Shown one piece after another: positions 1 through 8,945 of a stretch of 64,000 nt of DNA (position 1 is the first letter of the stretch; the number at the start of each line of letters is the position of its first letter). The translations under genes and the position numbers were made by a program. The notes below the pieces were generated by a model. It was given only the letters and a program-made list of their open reading frames with translations, did no database searches and was not told the DNA's origin. The stretch lies in the IMG/VR virus record IMGVR_UViG_3300025769_000090, positions 1 to 64,000 of that record, one strand, 5' to 3'. The DNA is from a virus.

Positions 1-10
1 AAATATAAAA

Positions 11-40
11 TTTGGGATAGAGACTAATTTTTCGTATCTT
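11..40 (+). promoter_or_regulatory. Host-type (Bacteroidota-like) promoter TTTGG-N17-CGTATCTT
   Basis: Same motif and 17-nt spacing recur at 10092, 10445, 37433 and 47798(-); resembles the Bacteroidota -33 TTTG / -7 TAnnTTTG promoter. Confidence 0.65.
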
Positions 41-61
41 TCGCTAAGAAAAGCGAATTAT

Positions 62-1798
62 ATGCAAAAAGGAGCAGCGTACTGGATGGATCTTCATCAC
101 TTCAATGATGAGGATCCATTCTTTTTGGCACAAGTCCAAAGAGGAATCACTAACTTTGTAAAAATCCTAACAGGAAAAGACATTCCTGTAGAATATGCTA
201 CATCAGGTGACTCAATGACTGATGGGGAAACTGTTTATATTGCTTCAAATATAAAAGAAGATACAATAGATTATACAGTTGGGTTAGCTCTCCATGAAGC
301 TTCCCATGTTCTTTTAACGGATTTTAATTATCTTAATAAAGAAAAAGGGACTGTGTTAAAAAAGGTACATAATGTTCCTGAAGAAGATCACGATAATGTA
401 TTTACCTTAATTAATTTTGTTGAAGATAAACGCATAGATGATTATGTTTACAAATCAGCTCCTGGATACCAATTTTACTATGAAGAATTATATAATAAAT
501 CTTTTTACTGTCCTATAGTAGATGAAAATCTTCAAAAAGATATATTTGTTATACCCACTTGGGATGCATACTTCTTTAGAATAATTAATATATTCAATCG
601 TAATTCGGATCTTGACGCCTTACCTGGGTTAAGAGAGGTATTCGATTTAATAGATATTAAAAACATTAATAGATTAAAATCTACCCGCGATAGTGTAGAG
701 GTAGCTATCAAAATTTATAATATAATTAAGCCCTATATTCAGACAGAAGATGAAGAAGAAGGTGGGGAAGATCAATTAACAAATCAAGAATATAAAACTC
801 GAGATAGAGTAGAACGTCAAAAGAATTTTATAGACTCAAAGTATAGAAAAAAACGAGTCCATAAAAATGTCAAAAACGAAATCCAAAAACTGGCTAATAC
901 TAAAACTAGTATTACAGACTATAAAATCAATAACAATTCAAGTGTTACTACATTAGTAACCAAAAGTTGGAAAGATTATTTTTGTTCTCCTGTTAAGAAG
1001 CATTTAAAGGATGTAGATGAAGGGATTAATATGGGTAAAAGGCTCTTAAAGCAACTAAAAGTTAGAAATATATCTAAACAAGATATTTTTGAAAACCTTA
1101 AAAAAGGGAAATTAGATGTAAAAAAGATTTATAGTGCTCCTTATAATAAAAATATCTTTAATAGGGTTGAAAAAGAAGATTATAAATATACTTTCCTCCA
1201 CATTTCATTAGATCTAAGTGGTAGTATGAGAGGACCCAAATTAAGTAAAACCATAAAAACAGCAGTTGCTATATCGTATGCTGCTTGTTACTTGAAAAAC
1301 TTTGACGTTGAAGTTTCACTCAGAGGAACTTATACTGCGGCGGGTCAGAATAGAGGTTCAGAAAAACCCGTGTTGGCTTATATTTTTAATTCTAAAACCC
1401 ACTCTGCTAAAGAGCTAAATAGATTTGGCTCTCTAAAAACATCAGGTATGACCCCAGAGGGTATATGTCTTGACCTAATCGACTTACCTGCTCCAAATTA
1501 CTTTACAGAAGTTTATTTATTAAATATTTCAGATGGACTACCCAATATTAATAATATGAAATATAATTTTGGGACCGCTATAAACCATACTAAAAAAGTA
1601 GTTAGTTCTTATAAAAAAGAAGGAATAGGAGTATTAAGTTATTTCATACATGACACATGGGATAAAGGTCAAAAAGGAGAAGACTCGTTTAAAAAAATGT
1701 ATGGAAAAACTGCTAAATTTATTGATGTAGAAAACACATCTCAAGTAGCTAAAACCATAAATAACCTACTATTAAATAATACTATTAAGGTTTTTTAA
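62..1798 (+). CDS. HExxH metallopeptidase-like N-terminal domain plus C-terminal VWA domain (CobT-like / MoxR-associated type)
   Basis: GLALHEASHV followed by NFVEDKRID; MIDAS motif SLDLSGSM, GMTPEG and NISDGLP. Confidence 0.8.
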   Translation: MQKGAAYWMDLHHFNDEDPFFLAQVQRGITNFVKILTGKDIPVEYATSGDSMTDGETVYIASNIKEDTIDYTVGLALHEASHVLLTDFNYLNKEKGTVLKKVHNVPEEDHDNVFTLINFVEDKRIDDYVYKSAPGYQFYYEELYNKSFYCPIVDENLQKDIFVIPTWDAYFFRIINIFNRNSDLDALPGLREVFDLIDIKNINRLKSTRDSVEVAIKIYNIIKPYIQTEDEEEGGEDQLTNQEYKTRDRVERQKNFIDSKYRKKRVHKNVKNEIQKLANTKTSITDYKINNNSSVTTLVTKSWKDYFCSPVKKHLKDVDEGINMGKRLLKQLKVRNISKQDIFENLKKGKLDVKKIYSAPYNKNIFNRVEKEDYKYTFLHISLDLSGSMRGPKLSKTIKTAVAISYAACYLKNFDVEVSLRGTYTAAGQNRGSEKPVLAYIFNSKTHSAKELNRFGSLKTSGMTPEGICLDLIDLPAPNYFTEVYLLNISDGLPNINNMKYNFGTAINHTKKVVSSYKKEGIGVLSYFIHDTWDKGQKGEDSFKKMYGKTAKFIDVENTSQVAKTINNLLLNNTIKVF

Positions 1799-1833
1799 AT
1801 TACCCCATATGTACTCCTGAAAAAAACACTGTA

Positions 1834-2007
1834 ATGGATCAAGGAGACATAATTACAAGACTGGAAGTCATCATAGATAAGATAGAATATGATGAAACTA
1901 GCATGGGAGAAGTATATGATATGTTAACTTCTCTAGTATCTGATATTGAATTTTCAACAGATTATGATGCTGATTTCGGAGATGTTCAGTTTAGTGACTT
2001 AGATTAA
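1834..2007 (+). CDS. Small acidic hypothetical protein (57 aa), not in ORF track
   Basis: ATG 1834 to TAA 2007, MDQGDIITRLEVIIDKIEYD...FSDLD; fills the intergenic gap. Confidence 0.6.
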   Translation: MDQGDIITRLEVIIDKIEYDETSMGEVYDMLTSLVSDIEFSTDYDADFGDVQFSDLD

Positions 2008-2014
2008 TATTTAT
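2008..2014 (+). promoter_or_regulatory. Putative late promoter core TATTTAT upstream of the envelope cassette
   Basis: Same core sits in most short intergenic spacers before structural genes. Confidence 0.45.
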
Positions 2015-2066
2015 CAGCGTCTTAAATAAATAGGTTGCTATTAAATTAATCAAGAGGTAATTTGAT

Positions 2067-2354
2067 ATGGCAAAAGAATTAAATGAAGATACTGGCTTTC
2101 AAGTTAGTATAAAAACCCTAGCAGGAATAGGGGCGGCGATAGCGACCGTAGTTAGTATGTGGTTTGCTCTTCAAGCTGATATAGCTGAAGCAAAAGAATT
2201 GCCTGCTCCCCCAGCTCCCGAAATTACAAGAATGGAGTTTGACATGAAGGACCAACTAGTGCGTCAAACAATTATGTCAACACAATCAGACGTAACTGAG
2301 ATTAAAGATCAATTAATACGTCTTGAGGATAAGATAGATGATCTAAAAGATTAA
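2067..2354 (+). CDS. Single-TM membrane protein with coiled-coil C-terminus
   Basis: Hydrophobic LAGIGAAIATVVSMWFAL; Pro linker; heptad tail VTEIKDQLIRLEDKIDDLK. Confidence 0.7.
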   Translation: MAKELNEDTGFQVSIKTLAGIGAAIATVVSMWFALQADIAEAKELPAPPAPEITRMEFDMKDQLVRQTIMSTQSDVTEIKDQLIRLEDKIDDLKD

Positions 2355-2355
2355 T

Positions 2356-2724
2356 ATGAAATATTTAATTTCAGTATTATTATTCTTATTTATTAGCACT
2401 AATGCTAGTAAACCCCCATTATTAGAAGAAAAAACCCCCATATGTGGGGATAATATATGCGTTGTACAGTTTAACGCAGCATTTAATTCAGCAAATGAAG
2501 TAACTTGGTTAGGTGATTTAACAGACTGTGATGTTAATACTGTTGACATTATGGTTGATCCTAGTTTACCCCAAGATTATAAAATTGTTGTTGTACCCAC
2601 AATCCTTATTTTAGATGAAGGAGAAGAAGTAGCGAGGTTTCAGGCCAACATTATGATGACTATGGAGGCAACTCGTGAAGAGGTGCAAGAATCTATAGAT
2701 AACATCATAATGAGCAAATTTTAA
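2356..2724 (+). CDS. Exported thioredoxin-fold protein lacking CXXC
   Basis: Signal peptide; VVQFNAAF...VDIMVDPSLPQDYKIVVVPTILILDEGEEVARF matches the Trx pattern including the cis-Pro VPT. Confidence 0.7.
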   Translation: MKYLISVLLFLFISTNASKPPLLEEKTPICGDNICVVQFNAAFNSANEVTWLGDLTDCDVNTVDIMVDPSLPQDYKIVVVPTILILDEGEEVARFQANIMMTMEATREEVQESIDNIIMSKF

Positions 2725-5700
2725 TGAAACATTTTTTAACCTCTCTTTTATTTTTTATTGGATTAGTAGGGTTGGCTCAGCCAACCTACTTAGATCTCTC
2801 TATTCAATTAGATGAATACCCAAGTGAAACATCTTGGATGCTTACACAAGGTAATGATACCCTTGCTTATGTTCCCTTTAACACATATCCTGAAGGAATC
2901 TTAGATAGTGCTTTAATCGAAGAAACTCTTTATTTAGAACCAGGAATTGAATATAAATTTTATCTATTTGATGAATTTGGTGATGGGAATTGTTGTGGAT
3001 TTGGCAATGGGTGGGTATCAGCTGAAAATGATTGTCAAGGAATTATATTTGAAGAATATAACTTTGGTGGTTCTGCTATAGATTTTCAGTTTGTATTAGA
3101 ACCATGTGCCCCCCAAGTCCCCGTTGCTGAGGTTTTATTTAGAGTAAACTTAGCTAATGCTCCTCCTGGCATAGAAACCCCAGGCGTATTAGGTAGCTGG
3201 AATGGGTGGCAGGTAATCCCAATGACTTATGACGAAAACGATGAATGGTTTTTAGAAGTTGAAGTCCCTTTAGGAAACCATTTATGGAAATTTGCAAATT
3301 TTAATAACCCTGACCAACAAGAACTCCCATTAGGTGTTGGAGCTGGTTCTTGTTTTTTATTTGATGGTAATGGATATGTAAATAGAACTTTAAATATAAC
3401 CAGCGAAGAAGAAATAACCCTCCCCCCTTATTGCTGGGAGTCGTGTCTTCCCTGTGGAGCCATACCTGGATGTACAGATTTTAATGCTATTAATTGGAAT
3501 CCTTGGGCTAATTTTGATGATAATTCTTGTATTTCTCAAACCACAGAATGTGGTCCTGGAGAAACTACCATTGAAATAATAGTAACCCCTGATAACTTTG
3601 GTGGTGAAATTAGCTGGAAATTATTTAATGACTTTGGTGAAGTAGCAGCTGTAAATCCTGGTGAGTACGGAGGTTCACCCCCGGGTATTCCTATTTCTAC
3701 TTTTTTATGTGTACCTACTGATGTATCATATGATTTAGTTACTTTTGATACTTATGGCGATGGGGTATGTGGTTCATGCTTTGGGGGAACAGTAATAGGT
3801 AATGTTCAAATTTTAGATTGTGAAGGCACAGAATTATATAATTTGCAAGATGAATTCCCTGATGGTAATTTTGGGTATGATACCGTATCTGAACAGTTTA
3901 TTCCAACCCAGTGTGGTGGGGTAGTAGAGATTGAAGGGTGCACCGATTTCAATTATGTGGAATTTAACCCTGAAGCTACCATAGATGATGGAAGTTGTTT
4001 TACTGAAAGAATTTATGGTTGTTTAGATGAAACACAATTTAATTATAACCCAGAAGCTAATACACAAGATATAATAGAAAGTTGTGTATTTAACTTAACT
4101 ATTAAAGATGGTGTTGGTGATGGTTGGTTTGGTAGCTGGTTAGGAATTTGGCAATTTGGGTATAATTCTCCACAATACCAAATGGGTCCTAACGATGGTA
4201 TTGAAGAGTCGTTTACTCTTACTTTAGATGCCACTCAGCCGGCTTATATTTACTTCTTTGTAACCCCCCAATCCATAGGAACAGCCCAACAATGTGGGTT
4301 TACTTTAACTAATTTAGAAGGAGAGATAATGATTGATGTCCCCTTCTTTAACATAATCCCTTTCCTAAATGAAAGTGGTTGGTATGCTTATGAAATAAAC
4401 CTTAATTGTGGTAACAATTGTATTCCCTTTATAGAAGGATGCCTAGATGTTGAAGCTTTTAATTATCACCCTTATGCCAATACTGAAGACGGATCTTGTT
4501 ACTATGCTCCAGGTTGTACTAGCGCGGGTTATGTAGAATATTATACTCAAGGATTTGAAGCCGATTTTGATAATGGAGGTTGTCAAACATTAGCAATTTT
4601 TGGGTGCACTGATCCTGATGCATTGAACTATGATGAAAATGCTAATGTAGATAATGAAACTTGTATCCCTAAAGTATTTGGGTGTACTAATGAATTAGCA
4701 TTTAATTATGATCCTTTAGCCAATACTGATGATAATTCTTGTATTCCTATTGTAGAGGGTTGTACTAACCCTAATGCTCTAAATTATAACCCAATAGCTA
4801 ATACTGAAGATTTCAGTTGTATATTACCAATTTATGGTTGTACCGATCCTGAGGCATTTAATTTTAACCCTGATGCTAATGTAGATGATCAATCATGCGT
4901 AGCAGTAATATTCGGTTGTACTGATGAAACTGCTTATAATTTTAACCCATTTGCTAATACAAACGTAGGGTGTATTTCTATAGTATATGGATGTACAAAC
5001 CAATTTGCCTTTAATTTCAACCCATCAGCTAACATAGATGATGGTTCTTGTGAAAGTATGATTTATGGATGTACTGATGAGAGTGCATTTAATTATAACC
5101 CATTTGCTAACACAAATGTAGGATGTGAGTCATTTGTTGAAGGTTGTACTGATGTAGAAGCTATTAACTATAACCCTCAAGCCAACACTGACGATGGTTC
5201 TTGTGAACCAATCGTATTTGGTTGTTTAATTCCGACAGCATTTAATTTTGATTCTGAAGCCAATACTAATAATGGATCCTGTATAGATGTTATATTTGGG
5301 TGTTTAGACCCTACAGCTTTTAACTACGACGAATTAGCTAATACAGATAATGGTTCATGCGAACCTGTAATAGAAGGTTGTATGGATCCAGATGCTCTTA
5401 ATTTTAACCCATCAGCTAATGTAAATGATTTTGATTGTATTGAAGCAATTTATGGATGTACAGATGAGACAGCTATTAACTACAATGAATTAGCAAACGT
5501 AGATAATGATACTTGTATACCAAGAGTTGAGGGATGTATGAACCCAGAAGCTCTAAACTTTAACCCTGATGCTAACGTAGATGATGGAAGTTGTATATTA
5601 CCAATTTATGGGTGTACTGATGAAACTGCTTTAAATTATGATGCAGACGCCAATGTAGATAATGATTCGTGTATAGAAATAGTTGAAGGCTGTACTAACC

Positions 5701-6392
5701 CAGAAGCCTTAAATTATAATGAATTGGCTAATGTAGATGACTTTAGCTGTATACTTCCAATTTATGGTTGTACTGATCCATATGCTTTTAACTATAATGA
5801 ATTAGCAAACATAGATAATGATTCATGTGAAGATGTAGTAGAAGGATGTACTGACCCAACAGCATTTAACTATAATCCTGAAGCTAATACTGAAGATTTT
5901 AGTTGTGAGCCATTTATTTACGGTTGTACTGACCCTGAAGCTGCTAACTATGATGAATTAGCTAATACAGATAATGGTACTTGTGAAACTGTATATGCCG
6001 AATGTGCTGATCATGTTATAGAAGCATATAATGTATTAGATTTGGAAGCTGAGTGTTTTGCATGGGTAATTGATGTTAGCCCAAGTTGTTGTAGTAGTGG
6101 GTGGTCTTATGGGTGTCAGGAATTATATAATTATTGTGAAGATAACACAGTTACTTCTTTAGAAGATTTTAGTGAAACTCAAATACTTGTATTCCCTAAC
6201 CCGACAAGAGATCGCGTAAATATCGCAAGTAACTTGCAGATAAACGCAGTACTATATAATTATATAGGACAGCCCGTACTAAGGGAGACAAACGTAAATC
6301 AGTTGGATTTAAGTAGGCTTGAGGCAGGTATGTATAACCTAGTTTTAACTTATAATGATCTCCAATTTACTAAAAAAATTATTAAGCAATGA
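2724..6392 (+). CDS. Secreted Cys-rich repeat protein with CBM48-like domain and C-terminal T9SS (type A) sorting domain
   Basis: Signal peptide ending LA-Q; VLGSWNGW...W...WKF CBM48-like segment; 23 GCTDxxAxNYxPxANxDDGSC repeats; C-terminus VFPNPT...LDLSRLEAGMYNLVL...TKKIIKQ. Confidence 0.85.
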   Translation: MKHFLTSLLFFIGLVGLAQPTYLDLSIQLDEYPSETSWMLTQGNDTLAYVPFNTYPEGILDSALIEETLYLEPGIEYKFYLFDEFGDGNCCGFGNGWVSAENDCQGIIFEEYNFGGSAIDFQFVLEPCAPQVPVAEVLFRVNLANAPPGIETPGVLGSWNGWQVIPMTYDENDEWFLEVEVPLGNHLWKFANFNNPDQQELPLGVGAGSCFLFDGNGYVNRTLNITSEEEITLPPYCWESCLPCGAIPGCTDFNAINWNPWANFDDNSCISQTTECGPGETTIEIIVTPDNFGGEISWKLFNDFGEVAAVNPGEYGGSPPGIPISTFLCVPTDVSYDLVTFDTYGDGVCGSCFGGTVIGNVQILDCEGTELYNLQDEFPDGNFGYDTVSEQFIPTQCGGVVEIEGCTDFNYVEFNPEATIDDGSCFTERIYGCLDETQFNYNPEANTQDIIESCVFNLTIKDGVGDGWFGSWLGIWQFGYNSPQYQMGPNDGIEESFTLTLDATQPAYIYFFVTPQSIGTAQQCGFTLTNLEGEIMIDVPFFNIIPFLNESGWYAYEINLNCGNNCIPFIEGCLDVEAFNYHPYANTEDGSCYYAPGCTSAGYVEYYTQGFEADFDNGGCQTLAIFGCTDPDALNYDENANVDNETCIPKVFGCTNELAFNYDPLANTDDNSCIPIVEGCTNPNALNYNPIANTEDFSCILPIYGCTDPEAFNFNPDANVDDQSCVAVIFGCTDETAYNFNPFANTNVGCISIVYGCTNQFAFNFNPSANIDDGSCESMIYGCTDESAFNYNPFANTNVGCESFVEGCTDVEAINYNPQANTDDGSCEPIVFGCLIPTAFNFDSEANTNNGSCIDVIFGCLDPTAFNYDELANTDNGSCEPVIEGCMDPDALNFNPSANVNDFDCIEAIYGCTDETAINYNELANVDNDTCIPRVEGCMNPEALNFNPDANVDDGSCILPIYGCTDETALNYDADANVDNDSCIEIVEGCTNPEALNYNELANVDDFSCILPIYGCTDPYAFNYNELANIDNDSCEDVVEGCTDPTAFNYNPEANTEDFSCEPFIYGCTDPEAANYDELANTDNGTCETVYAECADHVIEAYNVLDLEAECFAWVIDVSPSCCSSGWSYGCQELYNYCEDNTVTSLEDFSETQILVFPNPTRDRVNIASNLQINAVLYNYIGQPVLRETNVNQLDLSRLEAGMYNLVLTYNDLQFTKKIIKQ
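4437..5984 (+). repeat. Coding tandem repeat, 20 consecutive ~26-aa (~78 nt) GCTD...C units
   Basis: Counted from the translation; three more dispersed units lie upstream in the same gene. Confidence 0.9.
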
Positions 6393-7423
6393 AAAAATTA
6401 ATTACCCTAATATTAACTCTAGCTTGTTTTATACCTGCTCAAGCTCAGTTTTTACAAAAACAACTTAAGTTTGCTACTTTCTACACAGCAGTTACGGGAA
6501 ATAATTCATTAGCTGATATTAGTTTATACTCTATAAATCCTACTACTGGTTTATTAGAAGAAGAAATTATAGAAACTCCTTTTGATTATACTTTAGCTTT
6601 TGGAGTTAGGAAAATTGCCCGTTTAGATTATGAAAATAGGAAAAATGTATTTTATAATGGCACCGAATCCTCAGTTTCAGATGCAGCTACAGTAGGTAAT
6701 GTAGAAGGTTTAGAATATTTATTTGAATTCGATTATAAAAGACAACAAGGTAGTAAATTTGTAGATCAACAACATTTTTTAAGATATGTTCATGATCATT
6801 GGATTGTAAAAACAGAATACGTCCAAGATGGGTTTGCTGATTTAAGGTATTTTGAAGCCTCCCAACGTTATAGATATAATTTTAATGAAAAGTTTTCACT
6901 TAACGCTGGTTTAGTACAACGTTTTTCTGAACCTTATGGATTTGATCCTTTAGATGGATTAACAGAACCCGAATTTAGTTTAATAGCCTTAGAGCAAGGT
7001 TATACTGCCAATATAGGAGAAGGAACCTGGTCTATAGATAATACTACAATAGCTGAAAATAGTGACGTATGGAGGTTAGTTGTACTTCCTGAGATATTAA
7101 GTGAATATTCTGATCAAGAAAAATCTCAACTATCTAATCAATGGAATCACTCATTAGTATTAGGGTATGATTATTATCATTATACTAAAACTTTTTGGTT
7201 TCACTCTTGGGCCAGTGTATTACCTCTCCATGTAAGTGCTAAAAGCGAGTACTCATACTCAAATTTTATTGATGGTAATACTTGGTTTGACTATACTGGT
7301 GGGTTAATTTTAGGATGGCAAGTAAATAAAAGATTAGGTATTTTTTCCGAGGGAAAATATCATAAGTATTGGAATCGTGTATGGCATGATTTTTCAATAG
7401 GATTTAACTATAGAATATTATAA
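6389..7423 (+). CDS. Putative outer-membrane beta-barrel protein
   Basis: Signal peptide AQA-Q; aromatic-rich amphipathic strands; C-terminal beta-signal-like FSIGFNYRIL. Confidence 0.65.
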   Translation: MKKLITLILTLACFIPAQAQFLQKQLKFATFYTAVTGNNSLADISLYSINPTTGLLEEEIIETPFDYTLAFGVRKIARLDYENRKNVFYNGTESSVSDAATVGNVEGLEYLFEFDYKRQQGSKFVDQQHFLRYVHDHWIVKTEYVQDGFADLRYFEASQRYRYNFNEKFSLNAGLVQRFSEPYGFDPLDGLTEPEFSLIALEQGYTANIGEGTWSIDNTTIAENSDVWRLVVLPEILSEYSDQEKSQLSNQWNHSLVLGYDYYHYTKTFWFHSWASVLPLHVSAKSEYSYSNFIDGNTWFDYTGGLILGWQVNKRLGIFSEGKYHKYWNRVWHDFSIGFNYRIL

Positions 7424-7435
7424 AAACATAACAAC

Positions 7436-7654
7436 ATGAAATTTACAGAAATTTTTAAAGAAAAAAATGACATCAACGAAAAATCAGTAGTTGGTTTCGC
7501 TGCATTTGCTATTATGGTATTATTTGCTGTAACTGACTTAGCAACAGGTTACTTCGGTAAAGATTTAGTAATTAATGAAGCAATTTATAACTCATTTGTA
7601 TTTGTAACTCTAGGTAGCTTTGGAATAGCTGGTTTAGAGAAATTCGCAAAATAA
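7436..7654 (+). CDS. Small two-TM membrane protein (holin-like topology)
   Basis: Two hydrophobic helices VVGFAAFAIMVLFAV and FVFVTLGSFGIAGL in 72 aa. Confidence 0.6.
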   Translation: MKFTEIFKEKNDINEKSVVGFAAFAIMVLFAVTDLATGYFGKDLVINEAIYNSFVFVTLGSFGIAGLEKFAK

Positions 7655-8031
7655 TGTACGAATATCACGCCGTAGTAAATAGAGTAGTTGATGGTGACAC
7701 AATTGATGTCACCATTGATTTAGGATTTCATGCCCATATAAAAACTCGTGTAAGAATGGAAGGTATGAATGCTCCTGAATCGAGAACAAGAGATTTAGAA
7801 GAGAAAGAACGCGGCCTTGCAGCTAAAGCTAGACTGAAGGAAATTATAGAATATAATAATAACCACTGTATATTAAAGGTATCAGGGCTTGGAAAATATG
7901 GAAGGGCGTTAGCCACAGTATTTGTAGATAAATTATCTCCGGTAGCCAAAGAAGGGATAACTTTAGTTGATGTGAATAAACAATTAATTAAAGAAGGACA
8001 CGCTGTTGAATATGACGGTGGAAAGCGTTGA
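7654..8031 (+). CDS. Staphylococcal nuclease (SNase/thermonuclease)-like protein
   Basis: RVVDGDTIDV, RVRMEGMNAPE, GKYGRALA, NKQLIKEGHA motifs. Confidence 0.9.
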   Translation: MYEYHAVVNRVVDGDTIDVTIDLGFHAHIKTRVRMEGMNAPESRTRDLEEKERGLAAKARLKEIIEYNNNHCILKVSGLGKYGRALATVFVDKLSPVAKEGITLVDVNKQLIKEGHAVEYDGGKR

Positions 8032-8049
8032 TTTTTTAACATTTTTATA

Positions 8050-8057
8050 TATTTATA
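8050..8057 (+). promoter_or_regulatory. Putative late promoter TATTTATA
   Basis: Intergenic, 15 nt before ATG 8073; recurrent motif. Confidence 0.55.
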
Positions 8058-8072
8058 ACAAAACCTCATTAA

Positions 8073-8531
8073 ATGGCTACACTAAACGAAAATAATGATC
8101 AATTTTATGGGTATAAACCTAAAAAAGAAGATAATACAGTAGGATGGCAAAATAATTCAATGGGACAAGGAACTCGTTTAGATAGAGTAAATCCTTATGA
8201 ATTTAAAAAAGGAATGTCCTATGAACTAGGAAAAATAGGTACTACCCTTAGAGAATCAGATGAAAATCAAAGAGAAAAAGCTACTGAAACTATTCTTAAA
8301 AATTTAAATAATGTTGATGCTTACTACTCTTATATGGAACATTATGAAACATCTACCCGTAATATGGAACGTAAGCCCTCTTTTAAAACTTTTTTAAAAG
8401 AACTAGAAGGTCATTCAATGAAAGAAATTGGTGAAAAATTTACTGAGGATAAAATGAAAGAAATTAAGCTCAAAGAAAATATTAGGGCTGAAGTTAGAAA
8501 TAAAATTAACGAACTTTTCAAAACAAAATAA
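8073..8531 (+). CDS. Hypothetical protein, probable head-associated protein
   Basis: MATLNE start and KLKENIRAEV segment resemble the tagged head-protein family. Confidence 0.6.
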   Translation: MATLNENNDQFYGYKPKKEDNTVGWQNNSMGQGTRLDRVNPYEFKKGMSYELGKIGTTLRESDENQREKATETILKNLNNVDAYYSYMEHYETSTRNMERKPSFKTFLKELEGHSMKEIGEKFTEDKMKEIKLKENIRAEVRNKINELFKTK

Positions 8532-8532
8532 A

Positions 8533-8940
8533 ATGACTATTGAAGAATTGAACAAAATCATTCAAGAAGAGCTTAAAGCTTACTTAAATGAAGAGCAAAC
8601 CGATGAAGCTATCCACGGTGAGGATGGTGATGATGATATTGAAGTAACTACTGACGAGCCTGAAGAAGGTAGTGAAAATGAAGCACTAGATACTTTAAAG
8701 CAAATTTATAATATGCTTAAGCCTATAGCCGAACCTGAGGATGAAGAGCCAGAAATGGATATGGATGATGAAGAAGCTGATGATGAGGAAGGTGAAGAAG
8801 AAGAAATAGATGAAGCAGTTGGATACGCTAATTATACTGCGGATCAAGTTTCTAAAGTAAAAGCTGACGCCGATGATGTAAATAAAGGCCTTAATGAATC
8901 AGTAGAACGCTTTAAGAAGCTCGCTAACATTAAAGGATAA
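8533..8940 (+). CDS. Acidic prohead-core-like protein with scaffold-type C-terminal tag
   Basis: N-term LNKIIQEELKAYLNE; very acidic; C-term LNESVERFKKLANIKG. Confidence 0.65.
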   Translation: MTIEELNKIIQEELKAYLNEEQTDEAIHGEDGDDDIEVTTDEPEEGSENEALDTLKQIYNMLKPIAEPEDEEPEMDMDDEEADDEEGEEEEIDEAVGYANYTADQVSKVKADADDVNKGLNESVERFKKLANIKG

Positions 8941-8945
8941 TTCCA

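Noticed and set aside
4437-5984. Regular ~78-nt periodicity as a possible CRISPR array
   Set aside because: Repeats are degenerate at third codon positions and lie in frame in a protein; no constant repeat with unique spacers and no cas genes
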